Shown piece after piece: positions 49,001 through 59,105 of a stretch of 64,000 nucleotides of DNA. This stretch comes from Diplonema japonicum (Eukaryota; Protista; Euglenozoa: Diplonemea): the NCBI GenBank assembly GCA_964019335.1, contig OZ025680.1, forward strand, positions 186,001 to 250,000, read 5' to 3'. Below the pieces are notes generated by a model. That model was given only the letters and a program-made list of their open reading frames with translations, was not told where the DNA came from and made no database searches. Within the stretch, counting starts at the first letter, position 1. Each line of letters starts with the position of its first letter. Made by a program: the position numbers and the translations under genes.

Positions 49001-51190
49001 GGAGGAGCCTTCCCCGAACCCCACCCTCTGCAGCAGCATCTGCTGAGCCCCGTCCCTGATCTCGATGCTCTCGTTGTAGGCGATGTGCCACTTCGCGTTC
49101 ACGACCTCAGACCTCCCCCCGCCCCCGCACTCCAGCAGGTACTTCACAGTCGACCCCGCCGTCGCCTTCCTCGTCACCAGCGCTGTAGAGCTGACCGTCA
49201 CTGCACGCCCCTCTTCGAACCCGGGGGGGGTAAAGGGAGCAGGTTCCGGGAGGGGGTTGTTTTTGCACGTCCAGCTGAAGCGGAACCCACTCCCCTTCGG
49301 GTGGAACCCGGACCTGAAGCGGACCCTCAAGGATCTTCCGAAGGAGCGTGGAGGGGGAGCTGCCTGCCCACTCAGGTGCGTCGCGACCACCCACTCGCCG
49401 TCATCCTTCTCCTCTTCCAGGGTCAGCAGGTCGGTGTTGTCCTCGCTCGTCACGTCCAGGTACTGCCACCTCACCTCCATGTGCTGCGTGCTGCAGCTCA
49501 GTGTCCAGCACTCGTCTGCGAACGCGGGGTAGCGCCCATTGTCCACCGGGTAGCTCAGCACACCACCACCACCACCACCACCACCACCACCACCACCTTC
49601 TTCTTCGGAAGAGGGAGCCACCGCCGTGCACCTTGGCCTCATCATCGGTGTCTTGCACTCCCAAGAGAACTCGAACTGAGCACCAACACTCCTCGTTTGA
49701 GAGGACACAATCATCGCAGCACCACCGGGGACGACCAAAGGGTGTCCGGGGGAGGTGTCCCCCTCCCACACCTCCTGCTCCGGTTGGTAGAAGTTGTCCA
49801 GACTGTGCAGGTTTGCGAGGTTCATCCCGTCGCTCGGCTCGACAGAACCCATCGTGACGTGGAGCTCCTCCCCGACCGTTGGGCAGAGCATCACCCAGCA
49901 CTTCGACTCGAATCGAGTGGTCTTGTAGGACACGGTACCTGTTGTCGAGGTGCTAGGGACGACGCTGCCCCCACAGATGCCCGTCCCCAGGAACTGAGCC
50001 CCGTCTCCCGGGGTCGTCGACTGGCTCTCGTCGCACCGCATGAACAGCGCCTTGTTCGGGGTTGCCTTCACCAGCACTCCCTCCAGAGCCGACTCCCGCA
50101 GCCACACCTTCACGTCCAACGGGGATGCTGCAGGGTTCCCGCTCAAGAAGGCGGCCGCCGCCCCTGCCGCGTAGCCGGCCGCCGCAGAAGACCCAGACTT
50201 CGTCACCCCGCCGTCCAGATCGTCTGCAGAGGCCCCCAGAACCCCCTCACCAGGCGCGAAGAGGTCAGCGTACAGCACAGAGCCGGTGGTCTCCCCTTCC
50301 TTGTTGTGGGCCCCGACAGTGATCACCTCGTCCACCCTTTTGGAGAGAGTGTTCCCCCTGTTGTTCCCGGAAGAGGTCACCACCGATATCCCGAGCTCAA
50401 TGAGGGCGCGAACCGCCATGCGCACCGTCTCAGAATCACTGGGGTCGAAGGCCATCACCACGAGGGAGGGGGGCTGTCTCATCATCTTGCTGGTGACAGC
50501 AACCTGCGTCAGCGCCTCCACCACCCTGCTGCGCAACACGGTCCCAGAGGAGGAAACCACCTTCGTCGACATCACAGTGGCCCGCCTCGCCACGCCGTAG
50601 GTGCTTCCCGCGACAAGGCTCGCGACGTAGGTCCCGTGGCCGTTGTCGTCTCTCTGCAGCTCATCGCTCACCACCCCTTTGTAGTCCAACCCGTTGTAGC
50701 AGCGCCCCTTCAGCTCCCTGTGCCCGCACTCCACTCCAGTGTCGAGGACGAACACATAGACCCCTTCTCCCCACTCAGAGTTGTGCTTGAAGGATTGTTG
50801 GCTTCTGGTGCTGGTGCTGGTGCTGCTGCTGCTGCTTGCCTCCCAGTCCTGCCTGTGTGTGAGCCTGCTGAGACCCCAGAGCCCTTCCGCCCCAGCAGCC
50901 TCCTCGACACAGCCCCCAGGCATCGCGTGCAGCACGTCTTTGTGGACAACATCACGCTCCACAGCCACCCTCCCCTCGAGGAACTGTTCAAGCTGCTCCA
51001 CCTCCCTCTCGTTCACCCCTTTGCAATGCACCGCACTGAAACCCCCGAACTTGAAGGCCGCGCTGCTGGTCCCACACACACGGCGCACCTCCCGCACGTC
51101 CGCCTCCGTGCTGTTCCTGTGCATGGTAACGAGGTATCCCGCGTCGCTCAGCACCCCTGCGCACAGCAAGGGGAGAAGCAAGGCTCCCAT
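46052..51190 (-). CDS. Subtilisin-CUB membrane protease, copy 2
   Basis: Appears identical to copy 1 except the C-terminal EERTTVV versus EESTTVV. Confidence 0.9.
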   Translation of the reverse strand: MGALLLPLLCAGVLSDAGYLVTMHRNSTEADVREVRRVCGTSSAAFKFGGFSAVHCKGVNEREVEQLEQFLEGRVAVERDVVHKDVLHAMPGGCVEEAAGAEGLWGLSRLTHRQDWEASSSSSTSTSTRSQQSFKHNSEWGEGVYVFVLDTGVECGHRELKGRCYNGLDYKGVVSDELQRDDNGHGTYVASLVAGSTYGVARRATVMSTKVVSSSGTVLRSRVVEALTQVAVTSKMMRQPPSLVVMAFDPSDSETVRMAVRALIELGISVVTSSGNNRGNTLSKRVDEVITVGAHNKEGETTGSVLYADLFAPGEGVLGASADDLDGGVTKSGSSAAAGYAAGAAAAFLSGNPAASPLDVKVWLRESALEGVLVKATPNKALFMRCDESQSTTPGDGAQFLGTGICGGSVVPSTSTTGTVSYKTTRFESKCWVMLCPTVGEELHVTMGSVEPSDGMNLANLHSLDNFYQPEQEVWEGDTSPGHPLVVPGGAAMIVSSQTRSVGAQFEFSWECKTPMMRPRCTAVAPSSEEEGGGGGGGGGGGGVLSYPVDNGRYPAFADECWTLSCSTQHMEVRWQYLDVTSEDNTDLLTLEEEKDDGEWVVATHLSGQAAPPPRSFGRSLRVRFRSGFHPKGSGFRFSWTCKNNPLPEPAPFTPPGFEEGRAVTVSSTALVTRKATAGSTVKYLLECGGGGRSEVVNAKWHIAYNESIEIRDGAQQMLLQRVGFGEGSSDRVSTNGNLEVVVVYETRPFSTFELEFNCLPADPCPELPARTPTSVVNGDCFRVGCDGESLFSAANLVGSVTLLDLETGTVVRGQDTFMSRHLAHRTQVVVHGSATLSWGCGRWGSCTTVDYNNDNDADDEKNDRFRINGEDAMGVDCWHFRCPLPSQKIVFRGFTTTCGYSTPLLDTEENPLATADCRTRVVATNVNSAVLGRTRKAMTLNWSCKCQDLTAAVLTYPRQDVEETGKECWTIRCDQTVTLNLTLGGTQGTQGNYVQVVDSNRYAANLVRSIVVSLTGDVVVTSNIRNIGTYGLGEAFSLDWTCGVPETDAPRTLSPPTGDCQRLSGWSGSFSTNETDETTTCWYITLNPPERLYINVAYDLREGDGRFEVDTGDEVENYRIVGGNGYQYQIMEVTRNAVLMTKSGGGWAQVSWNYKCAPQSRVPGLVEVERDSPVHCWDLTCDYSVPLTLTHVSGAALSVKSNSNSDGDGLPLGPANPTVRMTKTAAVSLEAALPLGSAASFSWTCDYSSLIPVKEHCSAYSTYGSDTGSLTLQREKCVRLTCEKPVKVLTMNLELEAGYDYVEVYKADGRTPLDRFTGTGTVHVGYTGDIVVKAAFDETVDSKFELRWLCGEEVPERSVELSVPSNPIAWGKNDRNCDHSFESYSRTVQYPAAAAAAADSGDEAEREDYLPLKSRCWRFGCPAGHESRVTLEASLEPGFDKVGVYGREGAWLGEVTGNETTVLASTGDLYLHFTSDLGTEGAGFTARHFCRDPPVTAAPTLEPEPVPPTQEPVTLSPETGLRGVQAVFRIASSDMGKAVAGSRDLMPALELLLGGRASCFNVCLERATSGYCVTCGEGASSTGRAAITTQQGSAESITVRADLRVPSEMDNGAVRDRLQANKAMIEGRLGGELQDVTVTNERAPLPTPKEEDQQGGDGGDSLSTGAIVGIVFGSLVVVAVVAFLVYYFFLRKPKAAFSDSEPVKEERTTVV

Positions 51191-51790
51191 TGTTCTTGGT
51201 TTCTTTTTTTTTTTTTAAACGAGCAAACTGTTGAAAAGGTAAAAAAACAATGTGAAGAGAGTGCCAAGGAGAGAATAGCAGAAAGAAAAGAGAGAAAGAG
51301 AGGGAGAAGCAGCGATCGCTTTTAAGTTCTTAGAAAAACAAAACAAAAGAAAAATGGGTAGATATCTTCTCGAAATTATCGACGAAGAAAATTTAAAAAA
51401 AGAAAAAGGAAATGGGTGTTTGAAGTAGTCACCCCTTTCCCCCACACACACACACACCCTCCTTCATGGATCAGTACCCTCGAAAGAGCCACATGAAGGG
51501 GTGTTTTTTTGGGAGAAGGGACAACTCTGGCAGAAAACAAACAAAATAGAGAGAGGGAAAAGCATAAGAAACACAAACACAACTTCTTTCAATCAGCAGT
51601 AGTGAAGAAGCTTTTTTTTTTTTTTTTTTTTTTTTTTCCCTTTTCCACCGTGTTCGACAAAGAGAAGAAAAGAATTCCCTGCGATGGGCGAGTGTGTTAG
51701 CAACAACGCCCATCCAAAGAAAAAGAAAGGAGGGGAATATATAGGAGAAGACTGGGGTCCCTGATCCGGGAACCCCTCATCCTTTTCTCC

Positions 51791-51824
<34 letters not shown>

Positions 51825-52084
51825 AAAAACACCATTCCCCTTGCTGCTGCTGCTGGGGTGGTGGGAATAAAAAGAAAGAAGAATTGAAGAATTTAAAAAA
51901 AAAAAAGAGAGACATTTAAGGGTACCTGCGGTGTGTGGCAGGACGCCTAAAAAAAAAAAAAAAAAAAAAAAACCGTCCTTTTTGAGACACATAGGACGGA
52001 TAGGTGTTTGCTGCTCCGTGGTAAAAAAAATAGAGAGAGGGGGGTCTCTTTTGCTTTCTCTTCTCTTTTTTTTTCCCCACTCTA

Positions 52085-52723
52085 TCACTCTCTTGTCTCC
52101 CTCCTCACAATTCTCATGGGAAGCTCTGCGGTGGTTGCGAAGATGATCCTCCCGCAGAGGGCGAGGCAGTCCCTCCCGTTGCACTGCTGGTGGCAGCCAT
52201 CGTGCGCGACGTCGAAGCACTCCTCGTCTGCCCCGCAGGTGGTGGGGTGGATCCCACCGCAGGCCTGCCCAGTTGTCTTCGCGCACACCCCGAGGCAGTC
52301 CGCTCCCCCGCAGTCCGGGCTGCACTCCTTCCTGTACATGCAGGTCTCCCCAGTCCCGCACTGCAGCCCTGCAACCCCCCCGCACTCCTTCTCCACCTTC
52401 ACCTCGAAGCACTTCCCCAGGCAGTCCCTCCCGTTGCACCCTGCGTTGCACCCGTCAGCCACAGTGTCCACACACATCTCCTCTCCCTTGCACTTCAGCC
52501 CAGCGATCCCCCCGCACGCCCCGTACTTCCTCTTCGCACAGATCCCTCCGCAGTCCGCTCCCCCGCACTCCTTCACACACCCCGTGTTCCGAGGGTCCGG
52601 GATGCACTCCAACCCAGAGGGGCAGCCAAGGCCCGCGATCCCCCCGCACTGCATCGGTTCCGCCGCTCCAACCACTGTCACCACAGCCATCATCACAGAC
52701 AACAAAGCAAGAGGAGAGCTCAT
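52085..52723 (-). CDS. Secreted Cys-rich repeat protein, copy 2
   Basis: Protein identical to 33412-34050. Confidence 0.85.
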   Translation of the reverse strand: MSSPLALLSVMMAVVTVVGAAEPMQCGGIAGLGCPSGLECIPDPRNTGCVKECGGADCGGICAKRKYGACGGIAGLKCKGEEMCVDTVADGCNAGCNGRDCLGKCFEVKVEKECGGVAGLQCGTGETCMYRKECSPDCGGADCLGVCAKTTGQACGGIHPTTCGADEECFDVAHDGCHQQCNGRDCLALCGRIIFATTAELPMRIVRRETRE

Positions 52724-53387
52724 TTTTCGAGGGAGGGTTTTTTTTTTTTTTGTTGAGAATACGGTAAAAAGTAACCTTTTTGATTTTCACTTGTTCCTCC
52801 GATATGATAAAAATAAAATTTGAAAGGAGAATATAAATAAAAGGAGGAGGGACAACAACAGGGACATGTCTCACAGTAGACAAATAAAAGGATGGAGAAA
52901 CAACAAATAACAGGGAGGAACTTGTAGAGGGGTCTTTGTGGGGAGGTAGTTGACAGAAAACTTATCAACACAGAACAAATCGAGTCAACATCGAGAATCT
53001 ATATACCGGCTTGGGTATGCTTGTAAAGGTTCTGGGTGTTAGGTGATTCTTCTGTCCGACAGCAAATTCTAAATCTGTAACTGCCTGTAACTACCAAAGG
53101 GAGTCGATGTACAACAAATTTTTAAAAAGCTAAACAATAAGAAAAGAAACAACATTTTTTCTTCTTTTTATTTCAGTTCATCATTTATTCTTGCAAAATG
53201 TATTTAGCAATACAGCTGGCAACAGTTTGACTGGTTGCGTCACGAAGCAAGAAAGCGGATAATTATAAAAACTCGATAAAATCTCGGTGTGTGTGGGAGG
53301 GGGGGGGGGGTGTTCACTAATAAGGCACACCCAACTTTTCACCTTTTTCTCACACTAGTTTTTCCGTGTCGGTCCATGAGCTTGTTC

Positions 53388-55022
53388 TCAGTAGTACCTG
53401 GAACGGGGGGAGCCGGCAAGGGGAGAGCCGAGGGCCCTAAGCTTCGCGTCAAGGATGGGGCTGGCGGAGCCGAGCCTGGGGGAGGAGGCGGCGATGGAGG
53501 CTGCCGCGATGGCGGAGGCCGTTGGGGAGGCGGCGGCGAGGGCCGCGGCGTGGGCCCTCGCCGGGGACAAGGCGTCGACGTAGGCGACCCTGCGGGGGCT
53601 GGTGTCGTGGACGAGCCTCGAGACGGAGGCATGGTGGTGGATGTCAGCAGCGTGGACAGCGTCAACGTTGGCTGCCCCGGCAACCGCGTGTGCAGAGGCC
53701 TCGGTGGAGGATGCAAGGGCCTCCCTCGCACGGGCAGACGACAGGGCCGAGACCTCGTGTCCGTGCCTCACCCTCTCCACGCTGGCGTGGGTCGTCGCCG
53801 CCGCGAGACCGTGCCTCGCCACAGCCTCCCTGCTCGTCGCGCGCACGTGGTTCGCCTCCGACAGGGCGTACGACCTCCCGGCACGCTCCACGCTCGCGTG
53901 TGCGATCGCGGCCCCAGCCCTCGCCGACTGCTCGTCCCCGAGCCTCGCCGCGAGGGAGGCACGTGCAACAGAGGCCCCGGCCTGCGCCGCCCCGGCTTCG
54001 GCTGCCGCTCCGGCCGCATCCCTGTCCGCAAGGGCGAACCTCGACGCAGCCGACGCCGCAGAGGCCTCCTCTGCAGCCGCCCTCCTCGAAGCAGCCGCCG
54101 CGTCCGCCTGGGCGTTCCCGTGCTGCAGGACACGCGTCCTGGCCTGCTGCTCCTGTGCCGCCGCCTGCGCGCGGGCATGCGCCGCCCCGGCCCTCGCGCT
54201 GTCGGCGTCCCTCCCAGCCGCTGCGAGGGCGATCGACGCAGCCCTCTCAGCTGCCGCCGCATCCCTCGCCGCCGCAGCAGCAGCAGCAGCCGTTGCCGCC
54301 ACCTCCGTCCTCCTCCTCTCCGCCTCCGCCGCCGCCGCAGCAGCGTCAGCCGCCTGCACCCTCGCAAGCTGCGCCGTCGTCTGCGCCTCCGCCGCCATCG
54401 TCCCCACCACCCTCTCAGAGGTCACGGCGTTCGACGCAGCCGCCCCGGCAGCAGCGGCCCGTGCAGTCTGGGCAGCAGCCGCCGCCGCGCGAGCCGACCT
54501 CTCGTGCTCCATCGAGTGTGCCCTCAGAGCCGCCGACGTCGCCAGACCGTCCTTCGCCGCCGCATCCCTCGACGCCACCGACGCAGCCGCCGCCGCCGAC
54601 CCGAGAGACGCCTCAGCCGCCACAAGCCCGGTCTGCGCCGCCCTGTAGTCTGCTCCCCTCCCGGTGAGGTCGGCCGAAGCCACAGCCGCGTCCCTCGACG
54701 CCGCCGCGTGGGCGTAGCTTGCCCCGGTCTCAGCAGCCCCGGCAGCAGCCACAGCCCCAGCGCTCGCCGACACCCTCCCAGCCTGAAGGGCAGCGTCCGC
54801 CCTCGAAGCAGCCGCCGTGGCACTGGCGTACGACGCGTTCGACGCCGCTGCTCCTGCACGAAGGTTCGCCCCCACCGCTCCACTGTGCGCCACTGCCTCG
54901 TTCACCGCGTGGTGGTGGCTCATCGCAGAGTGCACAGGGTCGGCGTCCACAACGTAGGTCGGGCTCAGGCTCGTCAGACGAGGGCTCAGGCTGGCGTGAA
55001 GGCGAGGCGAGTAGTAGGCCAT
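53388..55022 (-). CDS. Ala-rich helical protein, copy 2
   Basis: Identical protein; TGA stop. Confidence 0.8.
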   Translation of the reverse strand: MAYYSPRLHASLSPRLTSLSPTYVVDADPVHSAMSHHHAVNEAVAHSGAVGANLRAGAAASNASYASATAAASRADAALQAGRVSASAGAVAAAGAAETGASYAHAAASRDAAVASADLTGRGADYRAAQTGLVAAEASLGSAAAAASVASRDAAAKDGLATSAALRAHSMEHERSARAAAAAAQTARAAAAGAAASNAVTSERVVGTMAAEAQTTAQLARVQAADAAAAAAEAERRRTEVAATAAAAAAAARDAAAAERAASIALAAAGRDADSARAGAAHARAQAAAQEQQARTRVLQHGNAQADAAAASRRAAAEEASAASAASRFALADRDAAGAAAEAGAAQAGASVARASLAARLGDEQSARAGAAIAHASVERAGRSYALSEANHVRATSREAVARHGLAAATTHASVERVRHGHEVSALSSARAREALASSTEASAHAVAGAANVDAVHAADIHHHASVSRLVHDTSPRRVAYVDALSPARAHAAALAAASPTASAIAAASIAASSPRLGSASPILDAKLRALGSPLAGSPRSRYY

Positions 55023-55366
55023 TTTTTTATAAGAGTAAGTGAAAGAGTGAAGAGTAGAAATCTGTTTTTTTGTAGGTGAGTTACAGTCAGATGAATGAAA
55101 AAAGAAAAACTAAACGAGGAAAAAAAAAGAACTGATGTTAAAGGAAAAGAAACAAAAATTCTTCTTCCCATTCTCTTATTATTCTACATAAATAGAAGAA
55201 AAAAAAAAGAAGAAAAAAACAAAGGATCGCTCATTGGAGAGCTCGTCTCTTTAGTTTTCCCCACTACTCCCTTCCCCTGATTTTGCTTATCTTCGCATCC
55301 CCTCTTTTTTCGTTCTTGTTTCATTCTTCTCCCCCGAACCCGGTCATCAACACAGAGCTTCTTACT

Positions 55367-58300
55367 CTACAAGTTCTTGATGTCCTGTTTTATTGTAAGG
55401 TATCAAAAAAAAGAAAAAAACATACCGCAGGAAGAAGCTCGGGCTTGCGGTGTGCTGCACCCACTGCCTCGCTTACGGAGTTGAAGCCGTGGTGGCGGAG
55501 GAGGTGCGAGAGTTCGACATTTGTGCGGTGGGCAACGGTGGGACCTTCATAGGCCATCCTGTATTATTATTGGGCTTATTTAAATTGGGGTTTTTAAACC
55601 ATCTACCAACGAGCGTCTTTATATAGACGATTTGAAAAAAAAATCTTTGCGCAAAGGGCTTTCAATGCAATACAGCCCGGACACTTCTCGCATCCGGGGT
55701 CCTGCGCGGAAAATATGAAAAATATAAACTAAATGCTGCCCTTACTTTGCAAGAAAATGAAAAAATAAAAATAAAAAACGCCAGCCCAAATTTACCCTTA
55801 AAAATCACTTCAAAAAAGGGCACCCAGAAAGAGGCCGGAAGAGGACATTATGAGTGATGGTAGCACTGATGGCTCATCCCTATTATGCAATTTTGATACG
55901 AACAGTGATTCTGATACGAATTCGACCGATTCCGAGTCACAGCAGGGTGATTGGACGACAAAGCCGGAGCAGTTGGAAGGCATCCGGTTTCGTGAAGATC
56001 GGAATCCTTGTGGACCCTGTTTTGACATCAAAGGCTCAACGCCATTCCATATATTCTCCCAAATGCTCGTCCCAAACGTTATTCGGGGCATAACTTCGAA
56101 CAATGTGGCAAATGCAGCTAAAAAAGGTGTTTCCCTGGATCTCGATGCTGCTTCTCTGCATACCTTCCTAGGTGCCCTTTTGTCGATGGACTTGGATATC
56201 AGACCAGCCAGATTATTCTGACTACTGGCGCACTGGCTCCACGCCTCTCAACCACACCCCTGGGTACGCCACCGTCATGTCAAGAGACCGCTTTTTGACT
56301 ATTCTGGGAAATCTGTGTTTCCACAGCGAAACAAACAAGCGTGCTGACTTCTACCTATCGCGAAGGCCTCCCGGAGATCACGGATGCCCCAAAGAAGCGA
56401 GGCCGCAAGCCCAAGGACGCGCACCCTGTGGGGACACCCAGTTCCACCAGCACGTGAGCATCCTTTGCACCACAACGTGGCATGACATCAATCCTGTGCG
56501 CCTTCTGTCGACGTTGGATGTTCTGGTGAAGTCAAATTTGGCGTGTCGGCCAAAAGAGAATGAAAGCCGGGCCCTCCAGAAAGGACATCCCGCTCCCCAC
56601 CAAGTGCATATTTACAACACCGCAATGGGCGGAACCGACGCTGGGTGATGCTGTGACAAAACGCCATAAGCGCACCCTTATGACGTGGCCCCTGAAAGTA
56701 TTTTCGTACTTGTTAGATAAATCTCTGGCAAATGCCCGGCTTGTTTGGAAGAAGCATTGCCCCCCAACACCCTGAGTATGAACGACAGTGGATTCACGCC
56801 TTTCAAAGAGGCAGTCATCGAAGGGCTACCAGGGAGGCCAAACAACAGCTAAAGTCAACTACAGAGCAGGCTGCCCCAATACCATGCCCCGAAACACAGA
56901 ACGAGTACCCTGAGGCCCCAATGCGACGCGACAGTACCTTCTGGGACCATTTCCCCGCAACGTGCGGTGCAAGCATTGCAAGTCGAAAAGACCCCTATTT
57001 CAGTGTTCAGCCTGCTTGGTACAACTTTGCGTGACTCCGTGCTTCAAAGACTACCACCTTGCCGGGGATTCCCCCCAGAAACCCCTCTCGGGGTCAAAAA
57101 AGAAGTCACCCAGCCCTGGGGCACGTACGAACCGCGTCAAGAAGGCCTTAAATAGCTTTTTATAGAATTTTACAGTCGATTCTTTTTTGACTTGTTTTTT
57201 GTACCCTCTCGAGCACTTCGGGAACGATATTTTTGACAATATTGTGGGGGTGGGCCCTGCTGTGGGCACCCTCTCTCTAGAATTGGGACATCTGGAGGCA
57301 TTTCCGGGGGCATATAGCCCCAGCGTTGCGCTAGAATAGTTTTTTTTGAAGTTTTGAAAATTTACCCCCTGGTGGGCAAAAATGGTCCGTTAGTAGATGG
57401 TTAAAAAAAGAAAATTCGAAAAGCTCACATACATGCTGTATATCTGCACCAACGAGGCTCCAGACACAATCTTGTCGAAAGCGTCCTGGCCGTTCGCAAT
57501 GCCGCCCACACCGATAAGGGGTATGTTCCCCCCAGTGGCCTTGGACATGTCATACACGACCTTAGTAGACAGCGCACGAACAGGCTGCCCAGAGAGACCG
57601 CCCGCTTGCTTCTTGTTCTCCTGATTTTTCAACGTGTCGGGTCGGGAAATGGTAGTGTTGCTGACGATGATGCCATCAACTTTGCTGTCCTTCGCCGCAT
57701 GAGCAATGTCTTGAAGTTGTGTGGGCGTGATGTCAGGTGCGATCTTGACAAAGAGAGGGGGTTTGTGAGTTAGTTTGTCACGTGTAGAGATAACAGTGGT
57801 AAGAAGCCCTTCGAGTACTTCACGACGCTGAAGGTCACGAAGACCCGGGGTGTTCGGGGAGGAGACGTTAATGACAAGGTAGTCAGCATAGGGACCGAGA
57901 AGATCGATACACTTGGTGTAGTCGGTGACAGCGTCCGCCTCGGTGGTTATCTTGTTCTTTCCCACGTTAATCCCGAGGGGTTTTGTGTGTCTTTTTGCTG
58001 TTTTGACTCTTGGGAGGACAGCTTCCATTCCTTCATTGTTGAACCCGTATCTGTTGATAACCCCAAGGTCCTCTTCAAGCCTGAACATCCTTGGCTTGGG
58101 ATTTCCGATTTGACCCACGGGGGTCACCGTTCCGATTTCGACGGAACCGAACCCGAGGTTCAGCAGTCCTTCAATGCTTTCTGCGTTCTTGTCGAAACCC
58201 GCGGCAAGCCCAACGGGGCTTTCAAAGCCAAGCCCGCAGACCTCCGTGAAGAGGTTAGTTGGTGTCGGCGGTGCGCGTGGAGTTAACTTCCATTTTGCCC

Positions 58301-58460
58301 CTTCGATTGCTAGGTTATGAGCCAGCTCCGGGTCCAACATCCTCAATCCAGCCGTTAAATTATCCGCTACCCATCCATGGATTGGGAATTTATACTCCGC
58401 TGGTGTCAAATACACACCCAGCCCTGCAGCTGCTGCTGCTCCTGCTATTCTGCTTGCCAT
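55367..58460 (-). CDS. DHODH: Dihydroorotate dehydrogenase, family 2 (quinone, mitochondrial); introns 55559-57432 and 55385-55425
   Basis: GLAAGFDKNAE, NRYGFNNEG, NVSSPNTPGLR and GGLSG. The missing C-terminus (MAYEGPTVAHRTNVELSHLLRHHGFNSVSEAVG) lies at 55426-55558 and splices in frame. Confidence 0.95.
55599..57400 (+). mobile_element. Defective piggyBac-family DNA transposon inside DHODH intron 1
   Basis: 13-bp TIRs CCATCTAC(C/T)AACG at 55599-55611 and 57388-57400. TTAA flanks the right end and TTAAA the left. Transposase remnants lie inside. Confidence 0.9.
55850..57165 (+). pseudogene. piggyBac transposase pseudogene (frameshifts, internal deletion)
   Basis: Fragments in different frames: acidic N-terminus, DYW..MSRDRF..L.F, WHDINPVRLLST, YNTAMGGTD, WPLKVFSYLLD..NA, and a C-terminal CxxC..CxxC..LC..CFKDYH. 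The central DDD core is largely absent. Confidence 0.88.
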
Positions 58461-59105
58461 TTTGTTCTTTGGGAGTTGTCAGAGATGCAATAAGAAGGGG
58501 GGGTGAAAAAAAAGCACATGTAAAAGAGAGAGGGATACCCCCACAAAACAATGGAGGAGGAGATAAAAAGAAACAAATAGATTTTTTTTTCTTTTTAATT
58601 TTGCCCTTTTTTTTTGCCCCGTTTTTTTGTCAGTTTTGTGTCTTCTCATTCATATGATTACAAGTAGAGGGAAGCAAGTAGACAGCTAGCTGAGACGACG
58701 GGGGTAGGTTGTTTTCTTTTCTTTTTTCCCTTTAAAAAAAAAAGGTTTTTTTGTTTGGCACTTCTCCTCCAGGGGTAAAAAATGGAACAATAATATATAT
58801 ATAAAAAAAGACACAAACAGTTAAAAATAAAAAGAAAATGTAACAACAGCAACAAGTAAAGATAACAATTGAATTTCTAATCAGAATTTCACTTTTTCAA
58901 AGGATGGTTTCTCTGCAATGTATTTAGCAATACAGCTGGCAACAGTTTGACTGGTTGCGTCACGAAGCAAGAAAGCGGATAAGGAAAAAAGAGTGAGCCA
59001 TCCCATCATTTCTCTTTCTCCTCTTTTTTCCATGGTCATTGTGACCACCTAACTTTTCATCTTTTTCTTACACTAGTTTTTCCGTGTCGGTCCATGAGCT
59101 TGTTC

